A stretch of 63,444 nt of DNA, filler included, from Octopus bimaculoides (taxonomy: Eukaryota): NCBI RefSeq assembly GCF_001194135.2. It is 9 parts of 9 records of this genome, joined end to end, with 100 filler letters (N's around TTAATTAATTAA, not from the genome) between each part and the next. Parts side by side here need not be neighbours in the genome. Positions count along the whole stretch, not along the records: positions 57,463 to 63,444 come from NC_069004.1; 8 more parts are not named here. One strand, written 5' to 3'. Below, in pieces: positions 61,713-63,444 of the stretch. The notes under the pieces were generated by a model. That model had not been told where the DNA came from and ran no database searches. It saw only the letters and a program-made list of their open reading frames with translations. The translations under genes and the position numbers were made by a program. The stretch's first letter is position 1; the number at the start of each line of letters is the position of its first letter.

Positions 61713-62083
61713 GGGGGCGCAATGGCCCCATGGTTAGAGCAGCGGACTCGCGGTCGTAGGATCGCGGTTTCGATTCCCAGACCGGGCGTTGTGAGTGTTT
61801 ATTGAGCGAAAACACCTAAAGTTCCACGAGGCTCCGGCAGGGGATGGTGGCGAACCCTGCTGTACTCTTTCACCACAACTTTCTCTCACTCTTACCTCCT
61901 GTTTCTGTTGTGCCTGTAATTCAAAGGGTCAGCCTTGTCACACTGTGTCACGCTGAATATCCCTGAGAACTACGTTAACGGTACACGTGTCTGTGGAGTG
62001 CTCAGCCACGTTAATTTCACGAGCAAGCTGTTCTGTTGACCGGATCAACTGCAACCCTCGTCGTCGTAACCGACGGAATGCCA
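61713..62083 (+). mobile_element. SINE family C2: different tRNA-like head, family C 3' half
   Basis: Head GGGGCGCAATGGCCC..GGTTTCGATTCCC; from about 61910 matches family C (TTCAAAGGG.CAGCCTTGTCAC..CGTAACCGACGGA). Confidence 0.88.
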
Positions 62084-62487
62084 CAAGGAAAGGAAAGGAT
62101 GTATGTATGTATGTATGTATGTTTGTATGTATGTATGTTTGTATTATGTATGTATGTATGTATGTATGGTTCTCATTCCATTAACCACGTTTTACACACA
62201 GTTTGTCCCGCATATAACAATTGTTTAAGGAAGTCTTAACGCTGGCGGCATTCCACGAACAAATACCATTGAAATTTGTTAAAACAACCAAGAAAAGCCT
62301 CTCTTATATCACAGCAAATGTCAAAGAGGCGACGGTCAGCCTGCTGTAAACAGACGGCAGTAGTAAGATATATTGCGTCTGTAGTGTCAAAGGCGAGAGG
62401 CTGGGAAAGGTACTTTCGCAATTCTCTGTCTATCTTTTTATCCTTTGTTTCAATCATGTTTGGGAACCGCCTTGAAGGGTTTAGGCC

Positions 62488-62740
62488 AGTCTTTCTCAAC
62501 CATTTTTTTTTTACCTATGGTCCCCTTTGATTCCTATTTTATTTTAGTGGATACCTCATACCCATTCAATGCTTTTAAAAATTCCATTATATTCTTATAA
62601 TTGAACATTATAAGAAAATGTATGGAAAAAAATTGGTAAAATATTTTGTGTACTGCAGAAGTATAAGCAGTTTATTGCTCATAGACTTTAACAACAAAAT
62701 CTTACGTGGACCCGACCCCACCCAAGTGTCATGTGGACCC
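62488..62740. mobile_element. Probable hAT-type MITE, right end disrupted by a SINE
   Basis: Starts CAGTCTTTCTCAACC (hAT/Charlie-like TIR); GTGGACCC subterminal motifs at about 62707 and 62734. Confidence 0.5.
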
Positions 62741-62741
62741 T

Positions 62742-63089
62742 GATTTAGTCGAACGAATCGATCCCAGTACTTTAATACAAAAAAAAAACTGGCACTTTTT
62801 CTATCAGGGTCTTAGGCTGAACCATTAAGTTACGGGGAAATAAACAAACCAATATCGGTTGTCTAGCTGTGATGGACACACACACACACACACACATGTA
62901 CGTATGTATGTATGTATGTATGTATGTACGTATGACAGGCTTCTTTCAGTTTCCGTGAACTAAATTCACTCATAAAGCTTTGGTAGGCCCGAAGTTATAG
63001 TAGAATGTACTTCCCAAAGGTACCACGCAGTGGGGCCGAATCTAGAACCATGTGATTGGAAAGCAAACTGCTTACCTATGTAGCCACGC
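62742..63089 (-). mobile_element. Diverged family B SINE
   Basis: TTTAGTCGAACGAATCGATCCCAG..GGCTTCTTTCAGTTTCCG..CCACGCAGTGGGGCCGAA..GTAGCCACGCC. Confidence 0.85.
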
Positions 63090-63444
63090 CGTATATCGCA
63101 ATTAAAAATCTTTCAAATTTTTTTCCCGTCTTGTTTTGTTGAGAACAACAACATTAGCAACCGTATCAACAACACAACACCGAGAATAACAAACCAATAG
63201 GGAAGCTACCACGTGATCGCTTGAACTGCTAGAAAGATCAGTCAAATGTCACTGAAATCATACTCTCCCCACTCCACTGCATTAGAAGAAAGTAGAAAGA
63301 AAGCCCAGCAAAATTGTGGCCCTAGAAACATGTAATTTAAGTAAAAGATTTACTCACTTCCCCTTGAGATAAAAAGAGAAAAACAACAAAGAAGATAACA
63401 ATATTCTTTTCTACTCTGGGCACAAGGCCCGAAATTTTGGGGTA

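Noticed and set aside
62236-62530. Overlapping ORFs and a 95-nt plus-strand exon-like block (about 62314-62408)
   Set aside because: No recognisable domain, asymmetric phase, and no supporting neighbour

Overview
AT-rich, microsatellite-dense eukaryotic DNA. The SINE families and repeat content point to an octopus/cephalopod draft assembly (inference). About a fifth is N. Eight artificial 100-nt linkers (44 N + TTAATTAATTAA + 44 N) show that the window is a chain of joined contigs, not necessarily one locus. Most informative sequence is decayed transposons: R4/Dong-like and other REL non-LTR elements, Penelope-like elements (RT, GIY-YIG), CR1, Tx1/L1, two mariners, MULE, hAT, SWIM/ISL2EU-like and DIRS-like fragments, plus about 25 tRNA-derived SINE copies of at least four families. 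The only convincing host coding sequence is a minus-strand terminal exon encoding a PAN/Apple-like domain (37381-37607); a few weaker exon candidates exist. Highlights are a repeated non-canonical minimal-hammerhead-like motif, a CR1/SINE shared 3' tail with a covarying hairpin, (TAA)n-associated Dong-like insertions and many fold-back inverted repeats. No CRISPR, rRNA or bona fide tRNA gene was seen. All calls are by eye, without database searches.
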